Origin: Octopus sinensis
Taxonomy: Eukaryota
DNA: 64,000 nt
Direction: 5' to 3'
Assembly: GCF_006345805.1 (NCBI RefSeq)
Contig: NC_043007.1
Coordinates: 44,268,001 to 44,332,000, forward strand
Shown: positions 46,517 through 60,794 of the stretch, piece after piece
Layout of the letters: each line of letters starts with the position of its first letter
Position numbering within the stretch: the first letter of the stretch is position 1
The notes under the pieces: generated by a model
Seen by the model: only the letters and a program-made list of their open reading frames with translations
What the model was told of the DNA's origin: nothing
The model's database searches: none
Position numbers and translations under genes: made by a program

Positions 46517-47907
46517 TATACAAGGTGGGTAATTTAATTATCTATCTGTCTCTCTCTATATATATAGTGTGTGTGTGTACTTATAAGATAAAAAGAAAGT
46601 TACATATGTATATGCACCTACCTAAACAGCCACACACATATGAAATATTTTATATATATATTACATATGTGATATACATCTCACACACACACATGCACAC
46701 ACCTCTCTTTTATTCTCTCTCTCTTTTACTATATACATACATTCATGTGTGTGCATGTGTGTATTTTTATTAATGGCTTAACTCAGAATTACATTACTCA
46801 TAGTATTACAGAAGTCACAAGAACACTCCTGATTATTTAGATACTTTCTTTTGGGTAACAAGACTTGTTCAACTTCTAGATAAGGCTGGTTAATGTTGGA
46901 TGATGAGTAATTCTCATTGGCTGTTTCAAATCACAGAGGTGCATTGGTAACAGCAATTGGTGTTGGCTGTCAGAAAATGATTGCTGCTACTGGCTACTGA
47001 GTGCTACTTGGTAGACTGCTATTGGCTTGTGATAAGATAAGAGGCTGACAAGAGATGAATAGCATGCAAAACTAGTGTCTTTCACTCTGGTTTGTGATTT
47101 CAGTATTAAGAGTAAATAATGAAATCATATATGAATATTATAATCCCTGAATAAGGTGGAGAGTTGGCAGAATCGTTAAAACCCTGGGCAAAATGCTAAG
47201 TGGCATTTCGTCTGTCGTCACATTGTGAGTTCAAATTCCGCCAAGGTCCACTTTGCTTTTTGTCCTTTCGGGGTTGATAAAATAAGTACCAGTTGAACAC
47301 TGGGGTCAATGTACTGAACTAGCATCCTCCTTTGAAATTGCTGGCTTGTTCCAAAATTTGAAATCAATATTATGATACCTGGATACAAACTTTCATAAAC
47401 AACCAAGTGAGAACCAATCTTACTCATCGTCCAATAGTAACCACCCTTACTCAGAAACTGTGTAAGCCATGTTACTCAGAAGCAGGCTTCCAATTGATTG
47501 AGTGTTTTTTCTCGTCACAACTGAGTTGACCTGTTAATACAATTAAATATAAACTCTATGAAACATGTTGACAGGTCCCTTCTTTCATTTGTATGCCTCT
47601 TTCTCTCCATCTATCAGTCTGTCTTTCTATTTGTCTGTCACTCTGTCTGTATATCTCTTTATGCATCAATGTGTGTGTCTATACATACATACATACATAC
47701 ATACATACATACATACAAGTACACACACACATATACATGCCACACACATACATATCTGTATACATATAGATATGTATAGATACACAAACACCCCACTACA
47801 TATATGTGCATGACACTCATACACACATATCTACACACATATGCATGTTTATACACACATAAACACCCATACATGCACATACGCATATGCACATACGCAC
47901 ATGCACA

Positions 47908-47945
<38 letters not shown>

Positions 47946-48103
47946 TGCATACATAATTAATTACTTGAGTCTTTCAAATTTTTTTCAACCAACTTCTATA
48001 CTGCTTGTTTGTTTATTCATCTATTTGTTGCATTGTTCAGATTTGACAAAACTTTCTGAAGATTAAGAGCCATGCTGCTACTTCCTTGATATATATCAGT
48101 TAA

Positions 48104-48273
48104 CCTTTGAACTGGCCTGATCCAATTTCTCACACTTGCCCTACAATATTATTCTCGAAATAAACCGTCACATTATTGAAAAGCTCAAAGCTACAAGATA
48201 ATACATGACTAATTCATGTCAGTGTGAATAAAGAAGCTTTACATTTTACAGAGAAATCCCGAATGCTAAAGGG
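48104..48273. mobile_element. piggyBac-type MITE, copy 5 (internally deleted)
   Basis: TTAA at 48100-48103 and 48274-48277. Right end GAATGCTAAAGGG. Confidence 0.75.
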
Positions 48274-50739
48274 TTAAATAAATTAGAATTGTCATTTAAG
48301 ATTGAAAGAATTGCAGGGACACATGTATGAAGAAGAATCTTCTATTATGTTTGCTAATTACAGCAGTAAAAATTCCCAGAAACAAATAAGGAACACTTCC
48401 ATTATTCTCTCATAATTTCTTGACCATATTCCTAATTGAAGATATTTTCCCTATGCATTGCAATTAATTTTGAAAATAATCAAGAATTTGGAGAAATGTA
48501 GTAAAATAATATTTTCGTTGTTATTATGTAGATAAAGATGGCAAGCTGGTAGAATCATTATCATGCTGGACAAAATTGGAGATATTTTCCTTTATGCATT
48601 ACAATTGATTTTTAAGATAATCAAGAATTAGGAGAAATTTAGTGAAATAACATTTTCATAGTTATTAAGTGGATAAAGGTGGCAAGCTGGTACATTTGTT
48701 ACCATGCTGGACAAAATGATTTCTAACATTTCTTCCAATTTTACGTTCTGAGTTCAAATGCTACCAAAGTCAGTTTTACCTTTTGTCCTTTCAGGGTCGA
48801 TAAAATAAGTACCAGTTGAGCACTGGGGTGAATGTAATTCACTGACCTGTTCTCACAAACTTTCAAGCCTTGTGCCTTTAGTAGAACAGTTTATTATTTT
48901 TTGGAATTTAGATCAGGGCTTGACAAAACATTGTTACTTTAAATCACGATGGGAGGTTCTAATTTAAATATAAGTAATTTCAAACAAGAGGTTTTGCAGC
49001 TTAGAATCTGAAATGGTCATTTGGATGAGTTGGTACCAATATGGTTAAAATTAAGGACTGTGTATGTTATAAAAACTAGATTGGCCTGTCTTGAAATGCT
49101 ATTTGAATGCATCAGTTTATAATTGGCAATCTCTAATCCAGTCAACTGATCGGGCTGACTGAGCTAACTGAAACTACCCAACAACAACAATAACAACGAC
49201 AAGCCAATTAGAGAGCTATGTGTTGTTTTATCTGCTAGACATAGCAGTTACATCACTTTCAAGTCACAACCTACATTGGACAATGTAATCTCTTCCTATT
49301 AATGTGCTATCATTGTGGTGTTGCTGCTGCTGCTGCAGTTATTTAGTCCCCAGCTGAGCACTGATCCAGTAGACTTGTTTCATCTGTGATCATCTTGTCT
49401 TTTTGTTTTTTCAGACAAACATAATGTATCTAGGACTATGTTAGTAAAAATGCCCTTCTTTTTTTTTTAGACAGCAAGGTTATATTTTGAGGGAGGATTG
49501 ATTGCTATTTCTTGAAGGTTTGTTGGTGGATTGTTTTGTTATAGTGTTTTATTATCACTTCAGTAGTTTCATTTTACTGGTTGTATGGTAACTACTGTGT
49601 TTGAATTAGTGAATCATGAAGTATGATTTGTACTAATTGTAAGCCAAACAGAGCAAAATAGAGTACTCTCTTTTTCTCTTAATTAGTCCTAAGCATCCAT
49701 CACAGTTCACTGATTCAAACACAGTAGTTACCATACAATTAGTAAAATGAAGCACAAACATTATGGTGCTATTGCACTAATCAAAATTTACAGGCTGGGT
49801 CACATGATTCAGATTACTACTTCCTGTGTCACAGCCATTAATACTTTGTGTATGAGTGTGTGTGTGTATGTTAGGGAATTATCAGTTGACTTGTTTGTTA
49901 TAAAACCAGTCAAATAAAAATGATGTGATCTAAGCATTCTTTTGACTGACAACGCCATCTGGAGGCATGGTCATGCTGGACAGTTGCTCTGAGACTTCAT
50001 GAATCTAAGTGGCTCAGTTCTGATGTATGAGGGAGTGCTGAAAATATATGAGGATCAGTTAATTATGATTTTATACCACATATTCCTCTCAGATTCACAC
50101 ACTTATTGCAGCAGTCCTTCAGTTGGGCCTCTAACCAAGCCTTTTGCAATACCCTTAAAGCCGGGGATTTTTCAGTATCCTTTCATATGTATGCTGTGGC
50201 ATGCTGTTAATACATAAATACTATAGGGCCCAGTCACCTACAATACTGTTAAGACAGAATTGATGATGGATCACAATAGTCTGTTGTTTAGTGTAAAAGG
50301 ACTCTATTAACTAAATAAACCAGGATCTTCTCTAAAAGCCATCTATAACTATGTTGTGCAAGGGCAATTCTACTGTCTAAGTAAACAGATGATGTACACC
50401 AAAGACACACAATTATTTTTATATATGTATCTGTGTGTGTGTGTGTGTGTTGCTCTTAAAGATCCATTAGCATTGAGTTTAATGATCTTTTAATTGAGTT
50501 CTTAATTACCATTGATATGTTTTCCTGTTTATACACCAACTCTCTCTATGGATGCAAACATACATAAATATGTACATATGTATGTATGTTTGTATGCTTA
50601 TAGAATATATATATAAATGCTTGTAAAATATATATATATATATACATACACAAACACACACACATATATATGTATTGTATGTATGTATGCATGTATTTTT
50701 AGGTTGACAGTTGACGATTTATATGGCCATTATTTGGAG

Positions 50740-50997
50740 TAGTGGTTCTCAACTGTTTTTTTACCTGTGATCTCCTTTGAGTATTATTTTACTTGGGTGG
50801 ATTCTCATAGGCACTTGATGTTTAAAAAATCCTATTATATTTTCATAATTAGATATCATAAGGAACTGTATTAAAAAAATTGTTAAAATATTTTATGCAT
50901 TGTAGAAGTATAACAAATTTATTGCAGATAATTTTTAACAACAAAATCTTATATGGACCACACCAAGGATCATATGGATCCTGGTTGAGAACCAATA
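50740..50997. mobile_element. hAT-type MITE
   Basis: TIRs TAGTGGTTCTCAAC / GTTGAGAACCAATA, with 8-bp TSD ATTTGGAG / ATTTAGAG (7 of 8 match). Confidence 0.8.
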
Positions 50998-51854
50998 ATT
51001 TAGAGTTTCATAGCGTGTGTGTAATTGATGGGATATCTACAGTAAATGAAGCAGATTATACACAAATACAAGCCAACGAGGGAGCCTCTACAAGACCCCT
51101 TGATCTACTAGAAATAGCAGCCAAATTTCCCTTATATTATGGCCTATCATCTTAATAAGGATATCAAAGACCAGAATAAATAATGTTATATGACATTTAC
51201 AATGACTGCAAAAATAAAAGGTAGAATGGCCATGGTTGGAATGGTTTTGATTATAGCTCTGCTTAGTTAAGGCTGAGCAATGCTTAGCACATATAATGCT
51301 GTATGAAAGCATGCATACATCAATCTATATTCATCCAAAACATGCATACACACACATACATGCAGTGACGTGAATGCTATGACACATATACACACTGACA
51401 TGTACATTATCACACACACTCGCTAACATATACACTTTGGACACGTACAGTATCACCTCACATGACATCAGAACACACACATGCAGTGACATATATATAA
51501 TCATACATACATACACACACACAAACAACACACACACACACACATTCTATTTTAAATACACACTAGCACACTCAAGTACCACTACCTTATAACACAAGTA
51601 AATTCATATATGCACCCATTAACATAAGCACACACCCATTAATGTATACAATACACACCCATATACACATACTCAATTATACTTACATCAACACCTACAC
51701 CCTTGCACACCATTTCTTTTCACATTCCTCTTTTTCATTAAACATGTCTAAATGAGAGAAATAATTCACTTTTATAATTCATCTATAAGAAGGAACAAGA
51801 TGTCAGAGATGATAGAGGGACAGGTTAAACTTCTCCCGATATTGTTTTGCTCTG

Positions 51855-53575
51855 GATGGCAAACTGGCAGAATCGTTAGCATGCTGGGCAAAATGCTTGG
51901 CAACATTTCATTCGTTTCTACATTCTGAGTTCAAATTCTGCCATGGCCGACTTTCATGGCCTTTCATCCTTTCAGGATTGATAAAATATGTGCCAGCTGA
52001 AGACTGAGGCCAATGTAATCAACTAGCCTCCTCCCCCAAAATTGCTGGCCTTGCACCAAAAGTTGAGAGCAATATTTGTTTTGCTCTTTAAAGTTCTGAG
52101 TTTAAATTATGCCATCCACTCTTTGTCACAACTTTGGTACTACAGATTTGCAATTAGAATGTCACAGGAAAGAATCACAGGAGACCTTGAAGTAGACCAA
52201 GAGCGACATGATTAGATCATTTCCATAGTCTTGGTTAGACATGCTTGGCAATCCAGCGACAGAGTCTAATGCTGGTTGCTTTTGATAGGAACCTACAGAG
52301 GAGTTACCTGAGGACTCTACCTGCATAACCCTCCCAGGAATAGTAAGCAGAGAAGATGGATGGATAGATGGATTGAAAATTAATATTGACTTCCTTCCAG
52401 GAAGTAGATTTGCAGAATTAATAAATGAGCAAATGAAATATTTTGCAGTACTTAGTTATTGCTTCTTATATTTTGAGTTCAAATCCTACCTAGGTCAACT
52501 TTAACTTAAATTTTTCTAGAGTTGATAAAATAAATTCCAGTCAAATGTTGAATGATATCATTGACCATTCCTTTCCCCAAAATTGTGGAATTCAGTCCAG
52601 GTTAGATATAGTTATTTACTTGGGCTAACAAGTTGACAAAAATGGTAGAGTGTCAGATTAAATTCTTTGTGATATTTATTTCTGCTCATTTAATTTTAAG
52701 TTTAAACACTGCTATGGTTTGCTTTGCCTTTTATCCAGCTATGGTCAATAAAACAAGGCATTAGTCAAGATGTAGTATCTGTTTAATCAATTTATTCTGT
52801 CCTTCATAATTTTTGTGGTTTTGAACCTAAATAAATATTATGTACTTCTTTCAAGGTGATGAGCTGGCAGAATCGGTAGATTCTAGATGAAATGCTTGGC
52901 AGTATTTCGGCTGTCTTTATGCTCTCAATTCAAATGCTGCTGAGGTCAATTTTGCTTGCCATCCTTTTAGGGTCAGTGAAATAAGTACCAGTAGAACCCT
53001 GGGATTGATATAATCAACTAGCCCCCTCCCCCAAAATTTCATGCCTATGAGTGAAAGAATTATTTACTACCTTCCTCAGGCAGATTTGTTAGCACATCTG
53101 ACAAGATGCTTAGTGGCATATCTTCCAACTCCTTGTATTCTTAGTTCAAATTCTGCTAAGGTCGACTTTGCCCTTCATCCCTTTGGGATTGATAAAATAA
53201 TGTACCAGTCAAGTACTGCAGTCAATGTTATCGATTAACCCCTCTCCCCTCAAAGTTGCTGGCCTTGTGTCAAAATTTGAATCCATTGTTTACTTCCTTC
53301 CCTCTGCATCTTCATTTCACATAGTAGGCTCTTTGCCTTTTATCTTTCAGGTTTTTGTAAATTAGATACCAGAAATTTAATTATGTTGTTGATTTAGTTG
53401 ACTATGCACTTCTTGAAAAATTAGCCTTGTATATAATCACAAGAAATTTAACTTAAATGCAAGAATAATGAATAATAGAGCAGAGCATTAGACTTGATGT
53501 GAAAATGACCCGGTGGGTAAAACATTGAATTATTGGTCTATAGATTTTGAGTTCAAATCCTCTTCAGGATTCAAG
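51855..53575 (+). repeat. Head-to-tail array of about 7 diverged family A SINEs
   Basis: Copies start near 51855, 52400, 52625, 52855, 53075, 53320 and 53480, all on the + strand. Confidence 0.8.
52150..52375 (+). mobile_element. 3' end of another RTE-type LINE with (GATG)n tail
   Basis: Decayed RPR..W.D....LG...L...VA.DR pattern followed by cccaggaatagtaagcagagaagatggatggatagatgga. Confidence 0.6.
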
Positions 53576-55048
53576 GCAACATTTTAATTTTTGCATGTTT
53601 CAGTTCACCTAGTTGTGGGTAATAATAGCCAGCTCATCTGGGAATGTTTCCTTTGCTAGACTGGCATCCTCTCCAGGGGAAGATTTATTCCTGATCTTAC
53701 TTAATGACTTGAAACCAGAACTAAGTGAAATATCCTTAGTAGATTTGGAGACCTTTACTTCTAATTTAGTCCCTGAAATTTGTACATTCAGGTCTTGTTG
53801 GAATCATTTACCTTTCCTCTCATGGGAATTAAGAAAACTGAAGAATTCTGGGCTGGACTAAATTGTCTGTTTTCTAAAAAGGGGTCTTGTGCTTTAACAG
53901 TGACAGACTTTACAAGTTACTGTGATGTGTTTTGCATTGTGATGAGGCTGTGACTCAATTTCAGTTGTCAGTTGGAACATCTCTGCTTATAAAATAATAT
54001 TGTGAGACAAAGAAGCCTCTGTACAGTCTTTTGACTTACTAGAAATAGCATCCAAATCACCCTCAAATCACACTCTACTGTCTTAGAGAAAAAAATGTTT
54101 TACAATGTAGTTCGTAATATTAAAAAATATGGGATGGTCATGGCTGGAATGTCATTGATCATTAATGTACTCAATCAAGGGATGAGTTGGGTGCTAAACA
54201 ACAGCATAAATGTCACAACTTGCCCTTTTCTTTTCTTGTATTAATCTGAAAAGTCATGTTTATTTACAAAGTGATTTGAAGTAGCAACAACATGACTAAG
54301 TGGTTAGAGTTTTGGACTAACAACTGATGTCAGTTTAAGACTTCTTCAGGCATTTCCTTTTGTTGTTCCCAAGCTTAGATATCTCATGACTTAGTTCTCA
54401 TTGTTTTGTGTTCTGTGTATAAATAGTTGAACTTTTCAGGTAGTTACCTGCAATAACATGACTTCTTGTCCAGGTGATGAGTCATTAAGTTTTATAGGCT
54501 TCATAACATGAAACTTAGAGATAACCCCAACGCTTATGTAAAGGACATAAGATAAGCAGTTCAGTCTAACAAGACTTGATAAAAATTATGAACACAGATC
54601 TTCCTTATGAGGCTAAAGAATTTTTAAAATACTAGAATTAATCCTGGTATCTGTTGGAGATATTTTTAAAACCCTTTTTATTACCATATTTCTATTGAAA
54701 TACACCTGACTTTGTTTTAATTCGTTTTTAAAATAATGAAGAAAGTAGTAAAATAACTTTGTCATAATTCTGGTGTTTGGAACATATTTTAACATGAAAT
54801 TTCAATGGAAGATTTATTTTAGATCACCTTAAAAAAAAATAAGTTTGCATCATAGAACCAGGGTGGTCTGGTGGTCTCAGAGGGGTTTGATATCAAAAGG
54901 GCTAAATAATGGTTTCTAATTTATGTAAAGGGCCAGCAATTTTGAGGGGATGGGCATAAGTCAATGCCATAAACCCCAGTACTAGACTTGACTGGTAATA
55001 TATTTTATCAACCCCCAAAAGGATGAACAGAAACGAAGTAAACAAAAG

Positions 55049-55584
55049 TATAAAAACACAAAAAGAAATAGAAATATACAAAATGAGCATAAAAGCAAAG
55101 TCGACTCTGACAAAATTGGAACTCAGAAGGTTAAGAACTAGAACAAATACTTATTTCTTTATTACCCACAAGGAGCTAAACACAGAGGAGACAAACAAGG
55201 ACAGACATAGGTATTAAGTCGATTACATCGACCCCAGTGCGTAACTGGTACTTAATTTATCGACCCCGAAAGGATGAAAGGCAAAGTCGACCTCCGCAGA
55301 ATTTGAACTCACAACGTTCAAATTCCGCCGAGGTCGACTTTGCCTTTCATCCTTTCGGGGTCGATAAATTAAGTACCAGTTACGCACTGGGGTCGATGTA
55401 ATCGACTTAATACCTATGTCTGTCCTTGTTTGTCTCCTCTGTGTTTAGCTCTTTGTGGGTAATAAAGTAATAAGTATTTGTTCTAGTTCTTAACCTTCTG
55501 AGTTCCAATTTTGTCAGAGTCGACTTTGCTTTTATGCTCATTTTATATATTTCTATTTCTTTTTGTGTTTTTATAACAAATACT
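55049..55584. repeat. Fold-back inverted repeat: 260-bp arms and 7-nt loop, made of a young SINE insertion plus copied flank
   Basis: Arms 55049-55308 and 55316-55575 have 5 mismatches and no indel. Direct repeat AACAAATACT at 55142-55151 and 55575-55584. Confidence 0.92.
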
Positions 55585-57409
55585 ACCAAGCATTCTTCCA
55601 GTGCTCTAATAATTCTGCCAGCACCCTGCCTTAAAATATTTTTTTAATAACAGTAAACTTTATTAGAGTAATATTAAAATTAACCTCAAAGTTTGAGAAG
55701 ATATTTTTCTTTTATTTATTCATTTGTTTGTTTGTTTGTTTAATTTTAGTTTCCTTCATCATACAATAAAAGAAATGATCATATTACTATTGGGGGATAC
55801 ATAGATGTGGGTGATCTTGTCACTTGATAATCTGTTCCACATGTGATCAAAGAACAGAATTAAAATGTTTCACAAAAAAACAAAACAAAACAAAACCAAA
55901 TAAAGCAAAACAACAAAAAACTCCACACCCGTGGAGTGTATATACCAAACAATCTGAAAACGATGATCTGTAGAAGAAGGTTATCAACTGTTATATTAAA
56001 ATATCAGTTTTGGTCTTCTCCTAATTTTCAAATAAGATTGGATCAAAACTATTTGAATGATGAGTTGTTGAGAAAAACCAACAACAAAGACAAAACATTT
56101 AATGTACAATGAAATTTATAGCTGTATGGTTAAGAAGTATACTTCACAACTATATGGTTACAGGCTTGGGTCTACTGCGTGAAACCTTGGGTAAGTATCT
56201 TCCACTGTTGCATTAGGTTGACTGATACCTTGCTTGGTAAAAACTGTGCAGAAACACATGTATATAGATGTGTGTGTGTGTGTCTGTGTGTACATATGCA
56301 GGGGTGGCTATGTGGTAAGAATTTTGCTTCCCAACCACATGGTTCCGAGTTCCATCCTACTGTGTGATATCTTGGGTGAGTGTCTTTTACTATAGCCTCA
56401 TTGCTGACCAAAGCCTTGTGAGTGGATATGGTCAATGGAAACTGAAAGAAGCCTATCATATGTTTGTATGTGTGTGTGTGCGCATGTGTGCTTGTGTGCA
56501 TGGGTTTTTTTTTATTTGTCCCACACCACTGCTTGGCAACCAATGTTGGCTTGTTTATATTCCCATAACTTAGTGGTTCAGCGAAAGTGATTGATAGAAT
56601 AAGTACCAGGCTTTAAAAAAAAGTACTGTGGTTGATTCATTCGATTAAAAATTCTTCAAGATGGTACCCCAGCATGGCCACAGTCTAATGACTGAAGCAA
56701 GTAAAAGATAAAAGATATATGTATACACATACACACACACACATACACACACATGTATATACATATGTGTGTGTGTCTATTTATATATGTATGTGTGCAT
56801 GTTACCAGTGCATTCATGCCAAAAAGGTATTATTACTTGGTCATTCAATAAATAAAAATCAATGAAATATGATAAGCAACAAACTGAAGTAAGTCCTGAG
56901 GTTGACGTATGTCACTTTAACTTTTGAAGGTAATGTCCCAGCATGGCTGCAGTCCAATGACTGTAAACAACAGTAAAAGAAAATAACATTTTAAGTGACC
57001 TCCTGTGATTCTTCTGACCAGGAAGGTTCACTGCTTTTTGTAATTTCTTTTGTTGTGTTGTCTATAACAAGTTGTAGCCATTCTTTGAGATTCTTTGTAT
57101 TGGTAAGTGCTTTCATAAATCCCTGCTCACATCCCATGTAGGGAAATTAATAATGGAAATCAAAGTTGCAATGTCACCCCATGACTTGGGAGTTGAGGAC
57201 AAACTAATTTTAGGGTTTCTGCTTAGCAAAAGAATCAAATTTGGAACATAGTAGGGAAAATATTGTGTAGAGTACAGTGGAAAATATACATGTTCTGTAT
57301 ACATTTATATACGTCTGTCCATTATATTTATTGATGTGTTATATAGCTGTACCTCACTGCCTTTCATGTGTGTGTGTGCGTGCACACACACACACACACA
57401 CACATACAT

Positions 57410-57452
<43 letters not shown>

Positions 57453-58671
57453 GACACACATACATATATGCATAGACGCACACATACACATCTATATAGG
57501 GTATGTATAATGAAATTGCAATGATCTTTTGGGCAGTAACTGATGAAGTGTTGTGTGTTTTTCACTTGTGCCACATTTTATTTTACACACACACACACAC
57601 ACACACATGTATATGCATGGAATTTATGGAGTCAATTAAGGATCAGTTCTTCAAGTTGTGCACCAAGAAATATTCAGGTAACTGAGGTTACTTGAAACTA
57701 TAACTTACTTATCAGTCAACATACTGACTCTCCTGCTCTCAGAACACCATTGAATTAGAAAACATCTTCTCAGTACCATGTCTTTAACCTTCAACTATCT
57801 CAGCTTCATGGCATGCCACAAGTTTAACACATGTCCACATATACATACACATACTCATACTTATACACACAACCAGACGTTGGAGGCAGCAACGATATCA
57901 TAATCTTTTTATGAATGCTTTCCATGCTGGATAGGTTGAATGAATTATAGTCAAAGATGATTCCCACTTAAAGATACTGCTCCACTAGATAATTCAAGTG
58001 AGGACTACGTCTTGATTGTATGTCCTGTTTTTGTGAGATCTCTATGAGTGGATACCTTTTAGAATCATTTCTGTGAGTTATACCATTTCTAATGTGGTTT
58101 GAATAAAAATAAATATTTTAAACGAAAAGCTACATGTGAATACAGAAACTGTAGTATGCTGCAGTTAATGGCTAGATGTCTTTAGTACAGAGTGCAATTC
58201 TTGCACTTTATTGGGGTACCAGTTTTGGAGAGGTTTTCATATCCTCTATATGACAAGACTGAATGTCTTCTCAACCCTATGTTGTCTCTGCTTGTTCATT
58301 TCATGGTTGAAGTTGTGAAGATTTTATCCCAACTACATGGTTCTGGGTTCAGTCCTAGTGCATAGTACCTTAGGCAAATGTTTTCTCCTATAGCCCTGGG
58401 CTACCCAAAGCCTTAACTGGAAGAGGTGTGTCATGTGTGTATGTCCTCATCTTGACTTTGTATGACAGCTGTAAATGAATCATTCAAGCACTGTCCTTTG
58501 TTTCCAATTTTCCATGGAGACATGTCTGGGCATGGGAAAATATTACTTTATTTAGAAACAGGATGGGCATTTGACTATAAAGAATCTGCCTCAATTAACT
58601 CCATCTAACCTATGTGGGTGTGGAAAGATAACATTAAAACAATGATGATGATGATGATATATATATATATA

Positions 58672-59006
58672 TAAACAATAATGATAGTAAATAGTAATAA
58701 TGTGTTTTAAATGGCACAACAATACACTATAATAACAACCATGGACTATAATAACTGGTGTAGTTTAATCATCCATAGTCTGATATAATATTTTGGATTA
58801 TATAAATTCCTTCTTCAGATATCCATAAGGATCGAGTCACTGCTACAATCTCTAGGGATATCTGAAGAAGGAATTTATATATTCTGAAATATTATATCAG
58901 ACTATGGATAATTAAACTACACCAGTTATTATAGTCCATGGTTGTCATTATAGTGTGTTGTTGTGCCATTCAAAACATTATTACTATTTACTATCATTAT
59001 TGTTTA
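58672..59006. repeat. Orphan long inverted repeat (153/151-bp arms, 31-nt spacer), possibly a fold-back MITE with TA TSD
   Basis: Arms 58672-58824 and 58856-59006 have one 2-nt indel and a few mismatches. Outer ends TA|AACAATAATG...CATTATTGTT|TA. Confidence 0.85.
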
Positions 59007-59045
59007 CAAACAATACACAATGCTTCAACCGAACTACAATACTCT

Positions 59046-59090
<45 letters not shown>

Positions 59091-59354
59091 ATATATATAT
59101 ATATATATACATAAATACACATATGCATATATAACCACACACATATACTTACACATCCCTCTCTGTCTCTGTTTGTCTGTCTCTCTGTGTCTGTCTGTCT
59201 GTGTCTGTCTGTCTGTCTGTCTCTGTCTGTCTCTCTCTCTCTCTCCCTCTCCCTTTCTCTGTATATTATATAAATATGTATATTCCTATTCAATCTATGC
59301 ATCTTGTTATAAAGAAAATTTGGTTAGCTTATTTTTTTAACTGTTTTAATAGTT

Positions 59355-60474
59355 TAAATGTTTAGAGACTTTGTAGAATTGGTAGATCATCAGCATGAAA
59401 CACCTTGTGTTATTTAGTTTCATCCATTTATGACTGAGTTCAAACCCTGCTGGAGTTGATTTTACTTTTTTGTCCTTGGGATTGGCGGGGGGAATAAAAT
59501 TAGTACCTGTCATGTACTGGGGTTAATATAACCAAAAGTGTCATCCTCTTCAAATATATAACTCTGGGCCTATATTAGAATTATTTTGAATAAAAAGAGG
59601 AAATGTAAGGAGAGAAACTGCAGTATGCTTGGCTAAATGTAATTTGGTTCCATACCTCTATGTTTTGAGTTCAAATCCTGCTAGGGTTAACAACTATTTA
59701 TCCATCCCATCTCTCAGTGAAATTAAGTACCAGTAAGTCATCGAAATGGTGGTGGTAGAGTACTGATCTGTACCCTTATTGATCTGGCATCCCATACTGA
59801 TCTAGCATCTGGTGAAAAGACACATTCTGGATGCAAAACAAGCTTAATAGTGTGATTTAGAAATAAATTACAATTTCTTTAAATTCAAATATTTAAACAA
59901 TATCAATGTGGAAATTCATAGTTTCACAATGCAAAAAAAACAAAACAACAAAAAAAAACAAATAAAGAAAGAAAGATATATTAAAAATGAATAAAAAGGC
60001 AAAAAATAGGGGAAAAGCCCCAGGATTTTTTAATTTATTCTATATTTTTCCATTCATTGTAGATGAGCAAATAGTAAATTTGTTATGAATCTGACAGCCT
60101 CTTCTGTCAGTTGCTAATAATTACAGCAATACTTTATCTATTTTGAAAATCTTTTACATAAACTATTTCTTGTATGTACTATTCCATTCTAAATTCTATA
60201 CTGTTAAGCTGCTATTCTGTTATTGTATTATATTAATCCTTTCTACTATAGGCACAAGGCCTGAAATTTTGTGGGAGGGGACTAGTTGATTACATCAACC
60301 CTAATATTCAACTGGTATTTATTTTATCTTACCTGAAAGGATGAAAGGTAAAGACAACCTTGGTGGAATTTAAACTCAGAATGTAAAAACAGACAAAATG
60401 CCACTAAGCATTTTACCTGGTCTGCTTATGACTCTACCAGCAGCAATGATGATGATGATAATAATAATAATAAT

Positions 60475-60519
<45 letters not shown>

Positions 60520-60533
60520 TATTATTATTATTA

Positions 60534-60567
<34 letters not shown>

Positions 60568-60794
60568 TATTATTATTATTATTATTATTATTATCATTAT
60601 CATTGTTATTATTATTATAGTGCTTGAAGCATTTATTCTGTTTCTTTACATTGTGTTTTCAAATCTTGAAAAGGTTAATTTTGCCTTTCATCATTTAGGG
60701 GTCAATAAAATAGATATCAGTTGAATACTGTGATCAATGTGATTGACTAACACCCTCCCCCAAAATTTAAGACCTTGTGCCTATATTAGAAAGG

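Noticed and set aside
51855-53575. Regularly spaced repeats as a CRISPR-like array
   Set aside because: Units are ~200-bp diverged SINEs with Pol III boxes in eukaryotic DNA. There is no short invariant repeat with unique spacers and no cas genes.
53613-53861. 82-aa + strand ORF and an overlapping Ser/Lys-rich - strand frame as a host exon
   Set aside because: No recognisable domain, stops interrupt the - frame, and I could not find a consistent splice-site pair.
55023-55589. Two near-identical opposite-strand 60-64-aa ORFs
   Set aside because: By-product of the fold-back inverted repeat, not a gene pair.
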